Source: a virus. Taken from it: 64,000 nucleotides of DNA. Made by a program: the position numbers and the translations under genes. The notes beneath the pieces are model-generated. The model was not told the DNA's origin. It worked only from the letters and a program-made list of their open reading frames with translations, and did no database searches. The stretch is taken from positions 12,616 to 76,615 of IMG/VR virus record IMGVR_UViG_3300036846_000738. One strand, given 5' to 3'. This document shows, in pieces, positions 1 through 9,991 of the stretch (positions are counted from its first letter, which is position 1; every line of letters begins with the position of its first letter).

Positions 1-53
1 ATCAGACCGATGACGATCAGATATATGACCAGATAAACCAGTGAAGCGATCAT
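1..53 (-). CDS. Small membrane protein, 5' part only (holin-like candidate), runs off window start
   Basis: AAGGAG RBS then MIASLVYLVIYLIVIGL..., hydrophobic, directly downstream of endolysin. Confidence 0.5.
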   Translation of the reverse strand, partial: MIASLVYLVIYLIVIGL

Positions 54-75
54 GACTGGACTCCTTTTCGATTTT

Positions 76-1422
76 TCAAACCTGCGGAGCCATCTGCTCC
101 TGTATCGCGTAGAACATCCGATTGGCCGAGGGCAGCAGCTCAACCTCCTTGCGGTTGATTGGCCCCCAATGCTGGCGACGATTGCGCAGACCGATTGCCG
201 TGATGTCGATATGCGCGGGCGGGCACTGCTTGCTCAAATCCTGATAGTCGAGACCTTGGCCGCTGCCATAACTATCCCAGTCCGAACTGTCGCAGGACAC
301 GCCCTCGCTGAACGTCGACAGGTAGCATTGCGTGTACCCGCCTTTGACATCGAGTGACGGTGCCCACATCTCAAAGAGCTTTTCGATTTCGTCTGAGCAC
401 GATGAGATGTTCCACGAGGTCTGGAATAGTCCGGCCTCGCAGGTGTCGCTCGATACATTCTCGGCGCTCATGTCGCGACCGACACAATGCTGACCGCTGC
501 TCTCGCGCATGCCAAGCCCGAGCATCAGCACCATAAGATGGCGCAAGGTATCGATGCCGCCCTCCTCGTCGTTCGACATGCCGAGCGCGGAAAACTCGTC
601 GGCGTACCATGACAGTGCGTCCAGATCAGGATCGTGGCTGTCGGGCTTGGCCATTTCCCTGACGGCGGAATCCCGCAGATAAAAGCGCTGCACCAACTGC
701 GCCCACGCCAGCGCCATGCCCATGATGTAGCCGGGCGGTGCCTGACCGCGGTCTCGCCAGTCGTAGTCGGCAATGGCGGAGTCGACCGCGATCTCGCAAA
801 TCGCGTCGTAGGTTTGCGTATCAAACGGCGGCGGCATGACCGGAGAAGCGCCCGGAGCGACCGGCGATTCCGGTTGTTCCGGTTCGCCGATTTCCACGCC
901 GCCGATCGTCGCCGCAATGGCGCGGCAAATGTCGTCAAAATTTTCCAGATAGCTTGCGCAATCGACCGTGCTGTCGACGAAACACACCTCGATCAAAATC
1001 GCTGGTTCGGTCGTATTGTTCAGAAAGAACAGATCGGTGCGCTGCTTGGGTCCGCGATCCACTAGGCCGCCCGCAAAGGCGATCGCCTCGCTGACATCGC
1101 GCGCGAGATCGTGCTGGCTGACATAAAGACATTCGGTCCCCATCGGCTTGTCGCACACTTCAAAAGCATTGAAGTGAACGCTGCAATCAAGCTCGCGCTT
1201 CTTGCTATTATGGAAATCGACAATGGTGTTCAGATTGGTCGTCTGGTCCCGGCTGGTGTCGTCGTGAAACGTGGTCACGTCGACGCCAGCCAGCCGCAAA
1301 AATTCCGCCACGCGCTCGACCACGCGCCGCGCCTCGTCGACTTCGTCGAGCCCCCACACTTCCGGTCCGGCGGCGCCGCGTACATAGAGCCCATGGCCTG
1401 ATGAGATGACAACCGAAGGCAT
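76..1422 (-). CDS. Endolysin: N-acetylmuramoyl-L-alanine amidase (Amidase_3) plus C-terminal lysozyme/SLT-like domain
   Basis: SSGHG, DE, SVHFNA, PAILIEVCFVD amidase motifs; C-terminal MRESSG...AGLFQ motif. Confidence 0.85.
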   Translation of the reverse strand: MPSVVISSGHGLYVRGAAGPEVWGLDEVDEARRVVERVAEFLRLAGVDVTTFHDDTSRDQTTNLNTIVDFHNSKKRELDCSVHFNAFEVCDKPMGTECLYVSQHDLARDVSEAIAFAGGLVDRGPKQRTDLFFLNNTTEPAILIEVCFVDSTVDCASYLENFDDICRAIAATIGGVEIGEPEQPESPVAPGASPVMPPPFDTQTYDAICEIAVDSAIADYDWRDRGQAPPGYIMGMALAWAQLVQRFYLRDSAVREMAKPDSHDPDLDALSWYADEFSALGMSNDEEGGIDTLRHLMVLMLGLGMRESSGQHCVGRDMSAENVSSDTCEAGLFQTSWNISSCSDEIEKLFEMWAPSLDVKGGYTQCYLSTFSEGVSCDSSDWDSYGSGQGLDYQDLSKQCPPAHIDITAIGLRNRRQHWGPINRKEVELLPSANRMFYAIQEQMAPQV

Positions 1423-1430
1423 ATTCATCC

Positions 1431-1754
1431 TCACTGTTGCTGCTGTTGCTTGCTTTTGATTTCATTGGCGTCGATCTCAGCCATCACTCCGATATAGGCG
1501 CGCTGCGCTTGACGAAGCCCCACTCGGGCGCGCTCCGGCTGATTACTCTGGTCCTTCATCCATATCGCGATCAGATGCTTGACCTGATCAACATAGGCGT
1601 CATCGAGCGCCCGTCGATCCAGCACAAACATCTGTTCATCGTATTTCGATTTTTGGCGCGGCTCGGCCGCCGGGAAAGCAGGCATCAATAATTGAAGCGT
1701 CAACCATATCTCCACAACGACAACAATTGCGGCGATGACGATTGCTTTCCACAT
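1431..1754 (-). CDS. Hypothetical protein with N-terminal TM segment
   Basis: MWKAIVIAAIVVVV...; overlaps neighbours in operon fashion. Confidence 0.6.
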   Translation of the reverse strand: MWKAIVIAAIVVVVEIWLTLQLLMPAFPAAEPRQKSKYDEQMFVLDRRALDDAYVDQVKHLIAIWMKDQSNQPERARVGLRQAQRAYIGVMAEIDANEIKSKQQQQQ

Positions 1755-1761
1755 CTCACCC

Positions 1762-1929
1762 TCACCCGGAGGGCGGCGGTAACGGTGGCGCCGGATCGGG
1801 CACACCGCCAGCCGCCAGCCATTCCAGATAGGCTTCGTAGTCGATGTTGTCGTTGTCCTTTGGTATGAAGGCGTGGTCGATGGTGCGTGTGATGCTACCC
1901 GGCCACGGTGCTAATTCATATTCAGCCAT
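1762..1929 (-). CDS. Small tail-fibre-associated (chaperone-like) protein
   Basis: FIPKDNDNIDYEAYLEWLAAGGVPDP motif typical of genes following phage fibre genes. Confidence 0.65.
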   Translation of the reverse strand: MAEYELAPWPGSITRTIDHAFIPKDNDNIDYEAYLEWLAAGGVPDPAPPLPPPSG

Positions 1930-1942
1930 GACTGACCTTTCA

Positions 1943-3514
1943 TCATATCCGTGCCGCTGCTTTCCATTGCGACAAACCATAATTGTTCACCGTTCCATCG
2001 CCGCTGACGAGATAGCTGGCACAATCACCCTCGCCGATTGTCAGGTTCGCGACGTTGCGATCCGCGACGAAAACGCCGTTGACCTGTTGTTCCCCCAGCT
2101 TGCCGCTGGCTCCGGTTTGGTATGAATACCAAGTCATGGTTGGCACCACGCGCTTGCGAACCTTGAATTTGATGGTGGGCGAGGAAAGCACAAAAATGCC
2201 ACCAATAAGCGAGATGGAGGCGCCGCCAGCGTTTCCGGCAGTGCCCGGAATGACGCTGGCATCGTAAGACTTTTCAAAATATCGCTGGCTCAACTGCAAC
2301 TCTTCTGGATACGGTCGCATGATGAATGGCAAGCGTTCGACACTCGGCGCAAAGCTGCCGGGAAAAATCCCGAATCCAGTGACTTGAAAATAATCGCTGG
2401 TCGAAGCGAGCCCGTTGGTCTGACCGGCAATTCCGAAATTACCCGGTCCGCCCGTCGTTGCTGTCCATGTATTCGGCGTGCCGCAGAAAGCCGAGTGCGC
2501 AGCAAAGCAAAGGATGACGCTGAGATTTGGCCCAATCCCCGGATACCAGCCGGTGCCGCCAGTATCGCCGGGGAAGGTCAGCGCTTTGAACTCGTAAGTG
2601 TTGGCAGCGTTGATCGTGAAGCTCTGCCGGTACTGTCTATTCCAGTCGCCATCATTGAGTGTGCAAGTATAATTGCCCGGCCTGAATCCCTTGATCGAAA
2701 ATATCACGGTGACCGATGAGGCGGACGCGGTGCCGAACGCTAACGGCTGAACGCGATAGCCCTCCATGCCCATATAAAAATAAAAGCCGTCGCCAGTACC
2801 CAAGGTTGGCTTCGGAGTAGTCACTTGCATTTTGAACGCGCGGATGAACCCCGGCGGCGCGTCGCTGACTTGTTGCTGGGTCCCGGCCATGCCTGAACCG
2901 GCAAACCCTCCCCACATATTGCCGTCGAGCCCAAAAACCCCACCGGCGATGCTATGAGAGGTGCCGCACCATTCCTGATCCACCTCCATCGAACCGTTGA
3001 CCTGCATCCCGGTGTAAGCCAGTGCGTCATAGGGCGCGGCGTGAATGTTGGAGCGCGCCTGCTGACGCTGCGTCGCGTTGTAGGGCTGGGAGATGTCGCT
3101 GCGGACGCTGTTGTTGGTGATGAAGTTGGTGGTCGCCACTTGCGTGTCATCGGTACTGGCGGCCGGTGTGGGCGCGTGCGTAGCGGCACCGAAGGCACCA
3201 CCGCCCGCCACCTTGAGCGCGGCGGCGCTGGTCGGCCCGGTCGCTGGCGTGGTGGAGGTGATCGTGACGGTGTTGAAGGACACGTCGCCGCCAGCTCCGC
3301 CCGGTGGACCGGCTGGCCCCGGCGGCCCCGCTGGCCCCGGCGGTCCCGGCAAGCTCGCGCCCGGAGGCCCGACCGGACCGGGCGGACCAACCTCGCCGGT
3401 TTGAATGGTCTCGACGCCTTGATCGTCAGGCTGGATCACAATGGCCGGATCGTCCGGCTCGATGATGATGATTACATCATTTGGTTCGGCGATGATCTCG
3501 ACGTTGCTGGTCAT
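1943..3514 (-). CDS. Tail fibre / receptor-binding protein with short collagen segment
   Basis: GPP repeats, DDTQVATT, NGSMEVDQ...RPYPEELQLSQRYFEKSY fibre-type C-terminal domain. Confidence 0.8.
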   Translation of the reverse strand: MTSNVEIIAEPNDVIIIIEPDDPAIVIQPDDQGVETIQTGEVGPPGPVGPPGASLPGPPGPAGPPGPAGPPGGAGGDVSFNTVTITSTTPATGPTSAAALKVAGGGAFGAATHAPTPAASTDDTQVATTNFITNNSVRSDISQPYNATQRQQARSNIHAAPYDALAYTGMQVNGSMEVDQEWCGTSHSIAGGVFGLDGNMWGGFAGSGMAGTQQQVSDAPPGFIRAFKMQVTTPKPTLGTGDGFYFYMGMEGYRVQPLAFGTASASSVTVIFSIKGFRPGNYTCTLNDGDWNRQYRQSFTINAANTYEFKALTFPGDTGGTGWYPGIGPNLSVILCFAAHSAFCGTPNTWTATTGGPGNFGIAGQTNGLASTSDYFQVTGFGIFPGSFAPSVERLPFIMRPYPEELQLSQRYFEKSYDASVIPGTAGNAGGASISLIGGIFVLSSPTIKFKVRKRVVPTMTWYSYQTGASGKLGEQQVNGVFVADRNVANLTIGEGDCASYLVSGDGTVNNYGLSQWKAAARI

Positions 3515-3858
3515 CGAGTCGGCCCCGCATTGTTGGTGAAGGTGCCTGACCACAATCTGACCTTCATGCCATCGTCGCGGGTCATGATGTTCGAATGAAC
3601 GAAATCGCCGGTCGCAAGATGCTCAAGCGCGTTCTGCGTGATCAAAAGTGAGAATGTGCCCTGCAGCGCGTCAACCATCACGAAGTCGCCGGTATCACTG
3701 GCCAAGCGCAGCACCGCCGCCGCATCGTCGGCATTACGGCGCAGCATCATTTCCAGCGAAGAACCAATCAAGCTGACCGGGAAGCCATCCACCGTGACGT
3801 ACTGAAACACCCGATAGAAATCCGCGTCGTTGCTGGTGGTGATATTGACAATGGCCAT
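3511..3858 (-). CDS. BppU-like fibre adaptor/structural protein
   Basis: Pattern DF..F....G.PV.L.G....DALQGTFSLLIT; located between fibre genes. Confidence 0.55.
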   Translation of the reverse strand: MAIVNITTSNDADFYRVFQYVTVDGFPVSLIGSSLEMMLRRNADDAAAVLRLASDTGDFVMVDALQGTFSLLITQNALEHLATGDFVHSNIMTRDDGMKVRLWSGTFTNNAGPTR

Positions 3859-3867
3859 GATCGAACC

Positions 3868-4464
3868 CTATGCGTATGCGGCGTCGATCTGTTCGAGCGT
3901 GGTGATGGTCCCGTTGTCGATCTCGGTATTGGTGCTCGCCGAAATCGTGAAGCAGTTCTCGATATGAGTTTGTAGATCGTTGCTCATGGCGAGGACATCG
4001 TTCGAGTTCAGTTGCACGATGCTGTCGTCGGCAAAATGCCAGAACGGATTGTAGGTCGTGGTCTTGTCGATGGCCATCAGCTTGGCGCCGTTGATCTTGG
4101 CCTGCGAGCGATCATCGGTCTTGATCGGCTGGCCTGCAGTCAGCGTCACGCCGCCCTGCTCCTTCGCCCAGCGCTTGTTTTCGGAATAGGCTTTCAGTTG
4201 ATCCGTGGTGTAGGTGGTCGGCGTCGGCTGGATGAAGGACGACGAGTTCAGCAACCATGCGGGCAGCGCCGAGCCGCGATTGCGAAGCACCTCGGCCAGC
4301 TCGCTTTCATTCAGAATTGTAGAAACCGATCCACCGGCATCCGTCCATTTTATGTAATCCGCATTGTCAACAGGCACCATCGTGTTGCTGGCGCTCTGAT
4401 AGATGTCAGAGGTCGATCCGCCGATGATCCAATAGTGGTCTGCAATGTTGAGGTACAGCGTCAT
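3868..4464 (-). CDS. DUF4376-like tail fibre-associated protein
   Basis: KRWAKEQGG...IKTDDRSQAKI...HIENCF...ITTLEQIDAA. Confidence 0.75.
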   Translation of the reverse strand: MTLYLNIADHYWIIGGSTSDIYQSASNTMVPVDNADYIKWTDAGGSVSTILNESELAEVLRNRGSALPAWLLNSSSFIQPTPTTYTTDQLKAYSENKRWAKEQGGVTLTAGQPIKTDDRSQAKINGAKLMAIDKTTTYNPFWHFADDSIVQLNSNDVLAMSNDLQTHIENCFTISASTNTEIDNGTITTLEQIDAAYA

Positions 4465-5765
4465 CCGTATTGTCCTCCGTTATTAGTTGTGCCAGCAAGG
4501 GTGCCCGGCAGATACGATGCCCCGCCGCCAAAAGTCTCAACGATCCCGTTGATGTTGGCGTTGTACTTACGACCGCTGACATTGGCAGCGCCGGTGATGC
4601 TGCTGTATTTCAAGGTCACCACGCCACCATCTGAAGCGTTGGCCCAGTTTTGCACGTTAATCGGAGCTGTAATGTTCACAGTCGGCAACGTCGGAATTGG
4701 TTCGCTGAAAACAGCACCGTTGCCAGACGCAAAACAGTGGTCGCCGCCCAAGGGCGATCCGCTGACGGTGATTGGTCCCCAGAATTGAATTTGGCCATTG
4801 TTGCCAGCGACCATGTGGCCAGCCGCGACGTTGCCGAAATTCATAGCGTCAACATCAAACTCGCCACCGTTGAAGCCCGAATAAATCGCGTGCCCCGGAT
4901 CACCACCCTGCGGACCATCGACCAGAAGTCTGAAGCCGTTGGCACGATAATGGCCACCGTTCGCGTGCATGAAGGCCGTGCCAGCGGTGGAATGAATGAT
5001 GCAGTTGGCTGGCGTTGTGGGGTTGCCGGTAATGAAGATGGTGCCAGAACCGTTGGGTGTGCGTAAATTGAGTGACGTGCTGAAATACGTTCCATCCGCA
5101 ACGTGGATGGTAAAATACCAGCCGCCAAGATTGAATTTGGGTACTTGGTCGAGCGCCTTCTGAATCGTCTTGAAGGGGCCGCCCATCACGCCGGTAATGG
5201 TCGGTGTCGTACCATCATAAAGCGTATCGCTGCCGATGGCGTCATTGACGTATAGGTCACGCGGCTGCGTCAAACTCACGATCGTGCCGGGCGGCCCGCC
5301 GGAGATGAGTTGGAAGCGGGTGCCGTCATAGGCAACCTCGATCATTTCCCCGGCCAGCAATTCCCACGGATTTAATGGCGTGAGGTCGAGATGCACCAGC
5401 GGCTTCGCGCCAAGCCCGCTGACGTTGAGCGTCACTTGCGAGGTGTTGGGATAAGTCATCTTGATAATGAAGCGCTGGCCCAGCGCATAAGCCGCAATCG
5501 GCTGTGTCGGGGTTATCGCAATCGCGTTGATGGCGCCGACATCGAGGCCGTAGTTGACGATGCCGCTCTGCACCGCGCGCGTGAGCTGAAAGAGGTCGGC
5601 ATTTGTTGGCGTGAAATTGTTTCGCGTGATGAAATTGACGATCTCACGCTGCGGATACTCAATCGATGCGGCAGGCGGAATCGATCCCATCGTGCCAGTC
5701 GATGGATTGCCGTTGATATACGGAGCATTTGGGTCAGATACGCCGTAAGGTTGGTTGTAGAGCAT
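4461..5765 (-). CDS. Tail fibre protein (baseplate-attached)
   Basis: Follows gp48-like gene; EYPQREIVN...DLFQL N-terminus, PFKTIQKA...IHVADGTY beta-helix-type motif. Confidence 0.8.
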   Translation of the reverse strand: MLYNQPYGVSDPNAPYINGNPSTGTMGSIPPAASIEYPQREIVNFITRNNFTPTNADLFQLTRAVQSGIVNYGLDVGAINAIAITPTQPIAAYALGQRFIIKMTYPNTSQVTLNVSGLGAKPLVHLDLTPLNPWELLAGEMIEVAYDGTRFQLISGGPPGTIVSLTQPRDLYVNDAIGSDTLYDGTTPTITGVMGGPFKTIQKALDQVPKFNLGGWYFTIHVADGTYFSTSLNLRTPNGSGTIFITGNPTTPANCIIHSTAGTAFMHANGGHYRANGFRLLVDGPQGGDPGHAIYSGFNGGEFDVDAMNFGNVAAGHMVAGNNGQIQFWGPITVSGSPLGGDHCFASGNGAVFSEPIPTLPTVNITAPINVQNWANASDGGVVTLKYSSITGAANVSGRKYNANINGIVETFGGGASYLPGTLAGTTNNGGQYG

Positions 5766-5795
5766 GGAACAGCCCTCTTCAGGTTGTAAAGACTT

Positions 5796-6674
5796 TTAAG
5801 GTGTGCCAGCAAACTCGCCGCCGGTTTGCAGCCCGCTATAATCGAAGATGATTTTGGTATGGGCTGGTTTCCAACGATTCAGCAGGCATTCGAGATCGTC
5901 AGCGACACCGATGCGTAAATGCGGATCGACACCGCATTGACCTGACGTGCAGCGAAACCAGACCAGCTTCGCCAGCGCGACATACACAGTCCAGTAACAG
6001 CGGTTCTCGGGTGGCCCCAAGCCGTAGGACGCCCATTCCGACTCCGTGCCATCGGTCGGCACATAAGCGTCGCCCTTGACGTCCATGACGTACTGACCCC
6101 AGACAGTACGCATCGGCGCTGGCGGAGCGCCATAAACGCGACTGTCGCCGCAACAATCGATGCCAACCACCCAGACCCGATATTCCTTGATGGTGATGGT
6201 GTAGCCAATCGAAGCCGCGACCCCGATGAAGAACTCGCGCGAGGCGCCGCCAATCATCGTCATCCGCTGCAGCAGCGCTTGCTGACGCTCGCCAATGGTC
6301 AACGGCGCGGTATAGCAGGGATCAGGCAGGCCCCAGTTGCGTTCCCAGTCGGGCAGCAGGCCGTAAAGCTGGGTTGGCGGTTGTGGCGGCAACGTCAGGC
6401 GCGGATCGCTCTCGCGCTCCAGCAGATCGGCGGCGACACCATCGACGTCGCCCCAGTAGTCGGAAAGGCCGCGGCAGGTGAGATCGAGCGTGGTGCCGGG
6501 GTCTTTTGGCCATGCCTGCCCCTGCGGCAGCAAAGTCAGGAAGACGGTGCCGTAGTCGTCGCCATCGCGGCGAATGTGGCGATCGCCCTGTTTAATGGTG
6601 GGCGGCGCAGGCGGAAGAGGGTCTAGCTGAAAGACATTGAACTGAAAGACAGTTGGTTGAAAAATACCGGCCAT
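5796..6674 (-). CDS. Mu gp48/YmfQ (DUF2313)-like baseplate protein
   Basis: LLPQGQAWP, LLPDWERNWGLPD, LECLLNRWKPAHT. Confidence 0.85.
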   Translation of the reverse strand: MAGIFQPTVFQFNVFQLDPLPPAPPTIKQGDRHIRRDGDDYGTVFLTLLPQGQAWPKDPGTTLDLTCRGLSDYWGDVDGVAADLLERESDPRLTLPPQPPTQLYGLLPDWERNWGLPDPCYTAPLTIGERQQALLQRMTMIGGASREFFIGVAASIGYTITIKEYRVWVVGIDCCGDSRVYGAPPAPMRTVWGQYVMDVKGDAYVPTDGTESEWASYGLGPPENRCYWTVYVALAKLVWFRCTSGQCGVDPHLRIGVADDLECLLNRWKPAHTKIIFDYSGLQTGGEFAGTP

Positions 6675-6680
6675 CTGAGC

Positions 6681-7490
6681 TTATGGGATGTCGTCGGCGA
6701 TCAGGTAGCTGCCACGCTTGGCAGTCGTTGCTGTACCGTTGCTGGTATTTTGCGCCATCCGAACGGTGAGAGTTCCTGCCAAGTTGACCGTGATGGTGCC
6801 GGAAATGCGGACGACAATGCCTGCCGTTTCCGTGGTGAGCGTCGAGCCGACTGCAGTCCCCAGCGCCGTGGCATTGCCCTTACCCTTGATTGCGTTGTCG
6901 GCAATCGTGTAGCCGGTGTACTGGATCGCCGTGGCGGTGCATGTGCCGCCGATAGCGGCTTGCACGCCGCCCGCCGCCGCATCGGTGACGAACAGCTCCG
7001 CCACGAATGTGTAGGTTCTGCCTGCTGCGACGTTGATGCTCAGACCTGTGACGTCGACGAGGGCGGTTGAAGACGTAACGGGGAAATCGCTCGCGACGCG
7101 GGCTTGGGTCGCATCGCCGGGCGCTGCCCATGTGCCGTCACCTCGCCAGTAGGTCAGCGAGGATGCGCCTGCCCCACCGTTGAGATTGCCAACGGGCAGA
7201 TTGCCGCTGACGTGAGTCGCAAGACCGATCTTGCCCCATGACGGCGGCACACCGACACCGCCGGAAATCAGCGCGTTTCCGGCGACGACATCCGGCAGAG
7301 AAGTCAATGCAGCAGCCCCGCTGGCAACAAGGAGATCGCCAATGGTGTAGGACACCAGTCCCGTACCGCCTTGCGCTACTGATAGCGCGCCGCTCAAAGT
7401 ATGCTGGGCGTTCCATTCATCCGAGCCGATCGGATATGTTGGGTCATCGGGGACAGCGACAACAGTCGCATGTGTAATTGAAAGCGGCAT
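6681..7490 (-). CDS. Short fibre/structural protein inserted between gp47- and gp48-like genes
   Basis: [24 protein letters not shown] fibre-shaft motifs. Confidence 0.6.
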   Translation of the reverse strand: MPLSITHATVVAVPDDPTYPIGSDEWNAQHTLSGALSVAQGGTGLVSYTIGDLLVASGAAALTSLPDVVAGNALISGGVGVPPSWGKIGLATHVSGNLPVGNLNGGAGASSLTYWRGDGTWAAPGDATQARVASDFPVTSSTALVDVTGLSINVAAGRTYTFVAELFVTDAAAGGVQAAIGGTCTATAIQYTGYTIADNAIKGKGNATALGTAVGSTLTTETAGIVVRISGTITVNLAGTLTVRMAQNTSNGTATTAKRGSYLIADDIP

Positions 7491-7498
7491 CAGGTCAC

Positions 7499-8566
7499 CT
7501 ATTCAAACAACAGCGTACCGAGCACAGCCATGGTCCCAAGATTGGGCATGACCGCGTCGTCGGTTGTCACCAGCGTGAAGGACTCGACGCCGGGCGTGTT
7601 CATGACCGCGTAGGAAATCCACGCCGCATAGATGGTCTGGCCGGGATGCGCCAGCTCGCGCAGCATGGTGCGAATACTGGCCTCGGCGGCAGCTTGGGCT
7701 TCGGCAGTGTCCGGCATCAGGTCTTGGATGGTGACGTCGACGAACTGCTTGATCGGCGCCAGCACATAGCAATCCTTGACCGTCACCGGCCGCTTTTGGT
7801 CTATGTAGTCCTGCACCGCGTAGACGTCCGTCTGGATCGGCCAGCCGTCGTCACTGGCGCGCAGCTCGTCCATCAGGAACCGCACGGTGATGGTGCCGAG
7901 ACCCTGCTCCGGCGCCGCCCATGCCCGCGTCACACCGGGCACTGCCAGCGCCCAAGTGATGTAGTCGGCTTCCGAGCCACCCATCGCCGGATTGCGAATC
8001 CGGTGCAGGATGCGGGCGCGCAGATCGTCGTCGTTTTCGGTGTCGGTGCCGCCGATCATCTCCACAACTGTGACCGCGGCATCGGCGCCGGGGACATTCA
8101 CGCCAAGTGTGTCGCCCAGTTGGAGATTGCCGAGGGCGCCGGGGTCAAGCGCGCGCGCGGAAGCGTTGGTCGGACCGCTGCCAATCGTGATCGCGGCGGT
8201 GGTTTCGTAGCCGACCTGCTGCCCAGTGAGCTGCGTGAATATTGGAACGACGGTGCCGTTGATCCCGGTAAAGGTCACCATGCCTTGCGCAAAGGTGGCC
8301 TGCTTGCGGCCGAGAGAATTATCGGAATTGACCAGCCAGATTGCGCCGTGCCGGTCGAGCCATTCGGTCTCCGCCGTATCGGGCAGCAACTGCAACGCCA
8401 GCCAGTCGATATACTGCAGCGTGAGATGGCATAGTCCTCCCTGCGCGTCGGAAATTACGCGCAGCACCGAATTGGGCACACTGGCATCGGCTCCGGGGAG
8501 CCTGCCGCGCACGTTGTCGCGGACAATGCCGCGAACATCTTTTAGAGTAGGAGTGGACCATGGCAT
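7499..8566 (-). CDS. Baseplate J / Mu gp47-like protein
   Basis: [50 protein letters not shown]. Confidence 0.92.
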   Translation of the reverse strand: MPWSTPTLKDVRGIVRDNVRGRLPGADASVPNSVLRVISDAQGGLCHLTLQYIDWLALQLLPDTAETEWLDRHGAIWLVNSDNSLGRKQATFAQGMVTFTGINGTVVPIFTQLTGQQVGYETTAAITIGSGPTNASARALDPGALGNLQLGDTLGVNVPGADAAVTVVEMIGGTDTENDDDLRARILHRIRNPAMGGSEADYITWALAVPGVTRAWAAPEQGLGTITVRFLMDELRASDDGWPIQTDVYAVQDYIDQKRPVTVKDCYVLAPIKQFVDVTIQDLMPDTAEAQAAAEASIRTMLRELAHPGQTIYAAWISYAVMNTPGVESFTLVTTDDAVMPNLGTMAVLGTLLFE

Positions 8567-8593
8567 CGCTGTTCCGAAACCTTTCTATTTTTT

Positions 8594-9100
8594 CTAGGCC
8601 GCCGCCTCGATTTCGTCCCACAGCACCTGAAAGCGTAACTCGACGGGGTTTTTGGGGCCGCGATAAAGCACGACGTAAGCGTCGATCCGTTCAATCCCGA
8701 CGCGCGCCACCTGCACATCGAAACTGCTGGCGATTTTCATATCGATGAACGGCTGAATGGATTCCCGAATGTAGTGTTCGACACGAGCGACGGTCGCGCC
8801 TTCAACGTCTTCGGGTCCCACGATCTTGGTGCGTTTGAGCAGCCACAGCCGCGTCCCGATCGGCCAGCCGTCGAACAGCTCCTCGGCATCCAGATCACCC
8901 CACCAGCCCGCGCGGTCGGTCGAATCCGGGTCCGGCAGAATGTCGTCAGGCTGCGCCAGCCGATCAGTGCCGAGCGCCACGATCACAGCGCTCGCCAGCG
9001 CCTGCGAATCGTCCAGCGTGCCGTCGTTTAACAGGGACCAGTCGACGCTGATCGAATAGCGCGGCCAGCGCGTGTCCTGTATGAGCCGGATGTCCGGCAT
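8594..9100 (-). CDS. Mu gp46-like baseplate protein
   Basis: AVIVALGTDRLA, GWWGD, IGTRLWLLKR. Confidence 0.88.
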   Translation of the reverse strand: MPDIRLIQDTRWPRYSISVDWSLLNDGTLDDSQALASAVIVALGTDRLAQPDDILPDPDSTDRAGWWGDLDAEELFDGWPIGTRLWLLKRTKIVGPEDVEGATVARVEHYIRESIQPFIDMKIASSFDVQVARVGIERIDAYVVLYRGPKNPVELRFQVLWDEIEAAA

Positions 9101-9101
9101 T

Positions 9102-9971
9102 TTAGGGTTCTTGATCCAGCGAGGTCGGCGGTCCCGGATTCGGCGCATTGACCAGCACCGCACCGTCGCCGGATGATTGCGTGGTCATGCCGACGCCGCC
9201 GTTGACACCGTAGACCGGGTGCGAGGCGTTCTCGCTGCCCACCCTGACCTCGCCGATGAAAACCCACCGCTTGGCCTGCTTGTCGTAGTAGCCGACCACG
9301 TCGTCGCCGGAGCGAAACTCGATCCGCTTCTTGCTGACGCGCACTTCGAGGTTGACGGTATCGCCCTCGTGCTTGAAGTCCTGCGCGCTCTGGCCGCCGC
9401 TTTGCTGCCCGGCCGCTCCGGACGAGCCACCTGCCTGCCCTCGCTTTTTGCGCTCCTGCTTTTTCTTCTCGACGTGTCGCAGCGAGACGAAGCGCTCGGT
9501 CTGCTGTTGACCACCGCTGCTATCGCGCGCGCTTGCACCACCGCCGCCGCTCTGGCTCTGTTGCTTGTCTTCCGGATTGTCGTTGGTCAAGACGTAGACG
9601 CCGGTGCGTCGCAGCAGCGTCATCTGGGCGAGATCGTCATACTGCGCATTCTCGCCGGGCTTCAACCCCATCGGCCGATAGCGCCGATCGTCCATCACCG
9701 CACAAAAGTTCGACGTGCGGTTGCCGCCGAAATACGACATGAAGCCTTCGGCGCAGTCCTCGATCTCGCCGTTCTGGCCCTTGGTCGCGGGTCGCACCAC
9801 GCTTGAAAAGCCGTAGTTTTGTGGGCACTCGACGGCCTCCCGGCCTTCGCCCAGTTGAGAGCCCTTCATCTGCTGCATCATCTTGTCGTCGTCGATGGTG
9901 TCGATCAGCGAGCGCGCGCCGCCGCTGGTGTAGCCAACAAAACCTGCCGTCAACGGTGTCTGTCTGTACAT
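9102..9971 (-). CDS. Mu gp45-like baseplate spike protein
   Basis: QNYGFSS, GGNRT, DDRRYRPMGLKPGE..YDD. Confidence 0.85.
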   Translation of the reverse strand: MYRQTPLTAGFVGYTSGGARSLIDTIDDDKMMQQMKGSQLGEGREAVECPQNYGFSSVVRPATKGQNGEIEDCAEGFMSYFGGNRTSNFCAVMDDRRYRPMGLKPGENAQYDDLAQMTLLRRTGVYVLTNDNPEDKQQSQSGGGGASARDSSGGQQQTERFVSLRHVEKKKQERKKRGQAGGSSGAAGQQSGGQSAQDFKHEGDTVNLEVRVSKKRIEFRSGDDVVGYYDKQAKRWVFIGEVRVGSENASHPVYGVNGGVGMTTQSSGDGAVLVNAPNPGPPTSLDQEP

Positions 9972-9991
9972 GGCTCTCTCTTTTTAGGTTT

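Noticed and set aside
1943-3514. Diversity-generating retroelement targeting the fibre genes
   Set aside because: No reverse transcriptase is present and no near-identical TR/VR pair with adenine-specific mismatches is seen; the paralogues are diverged throughout.
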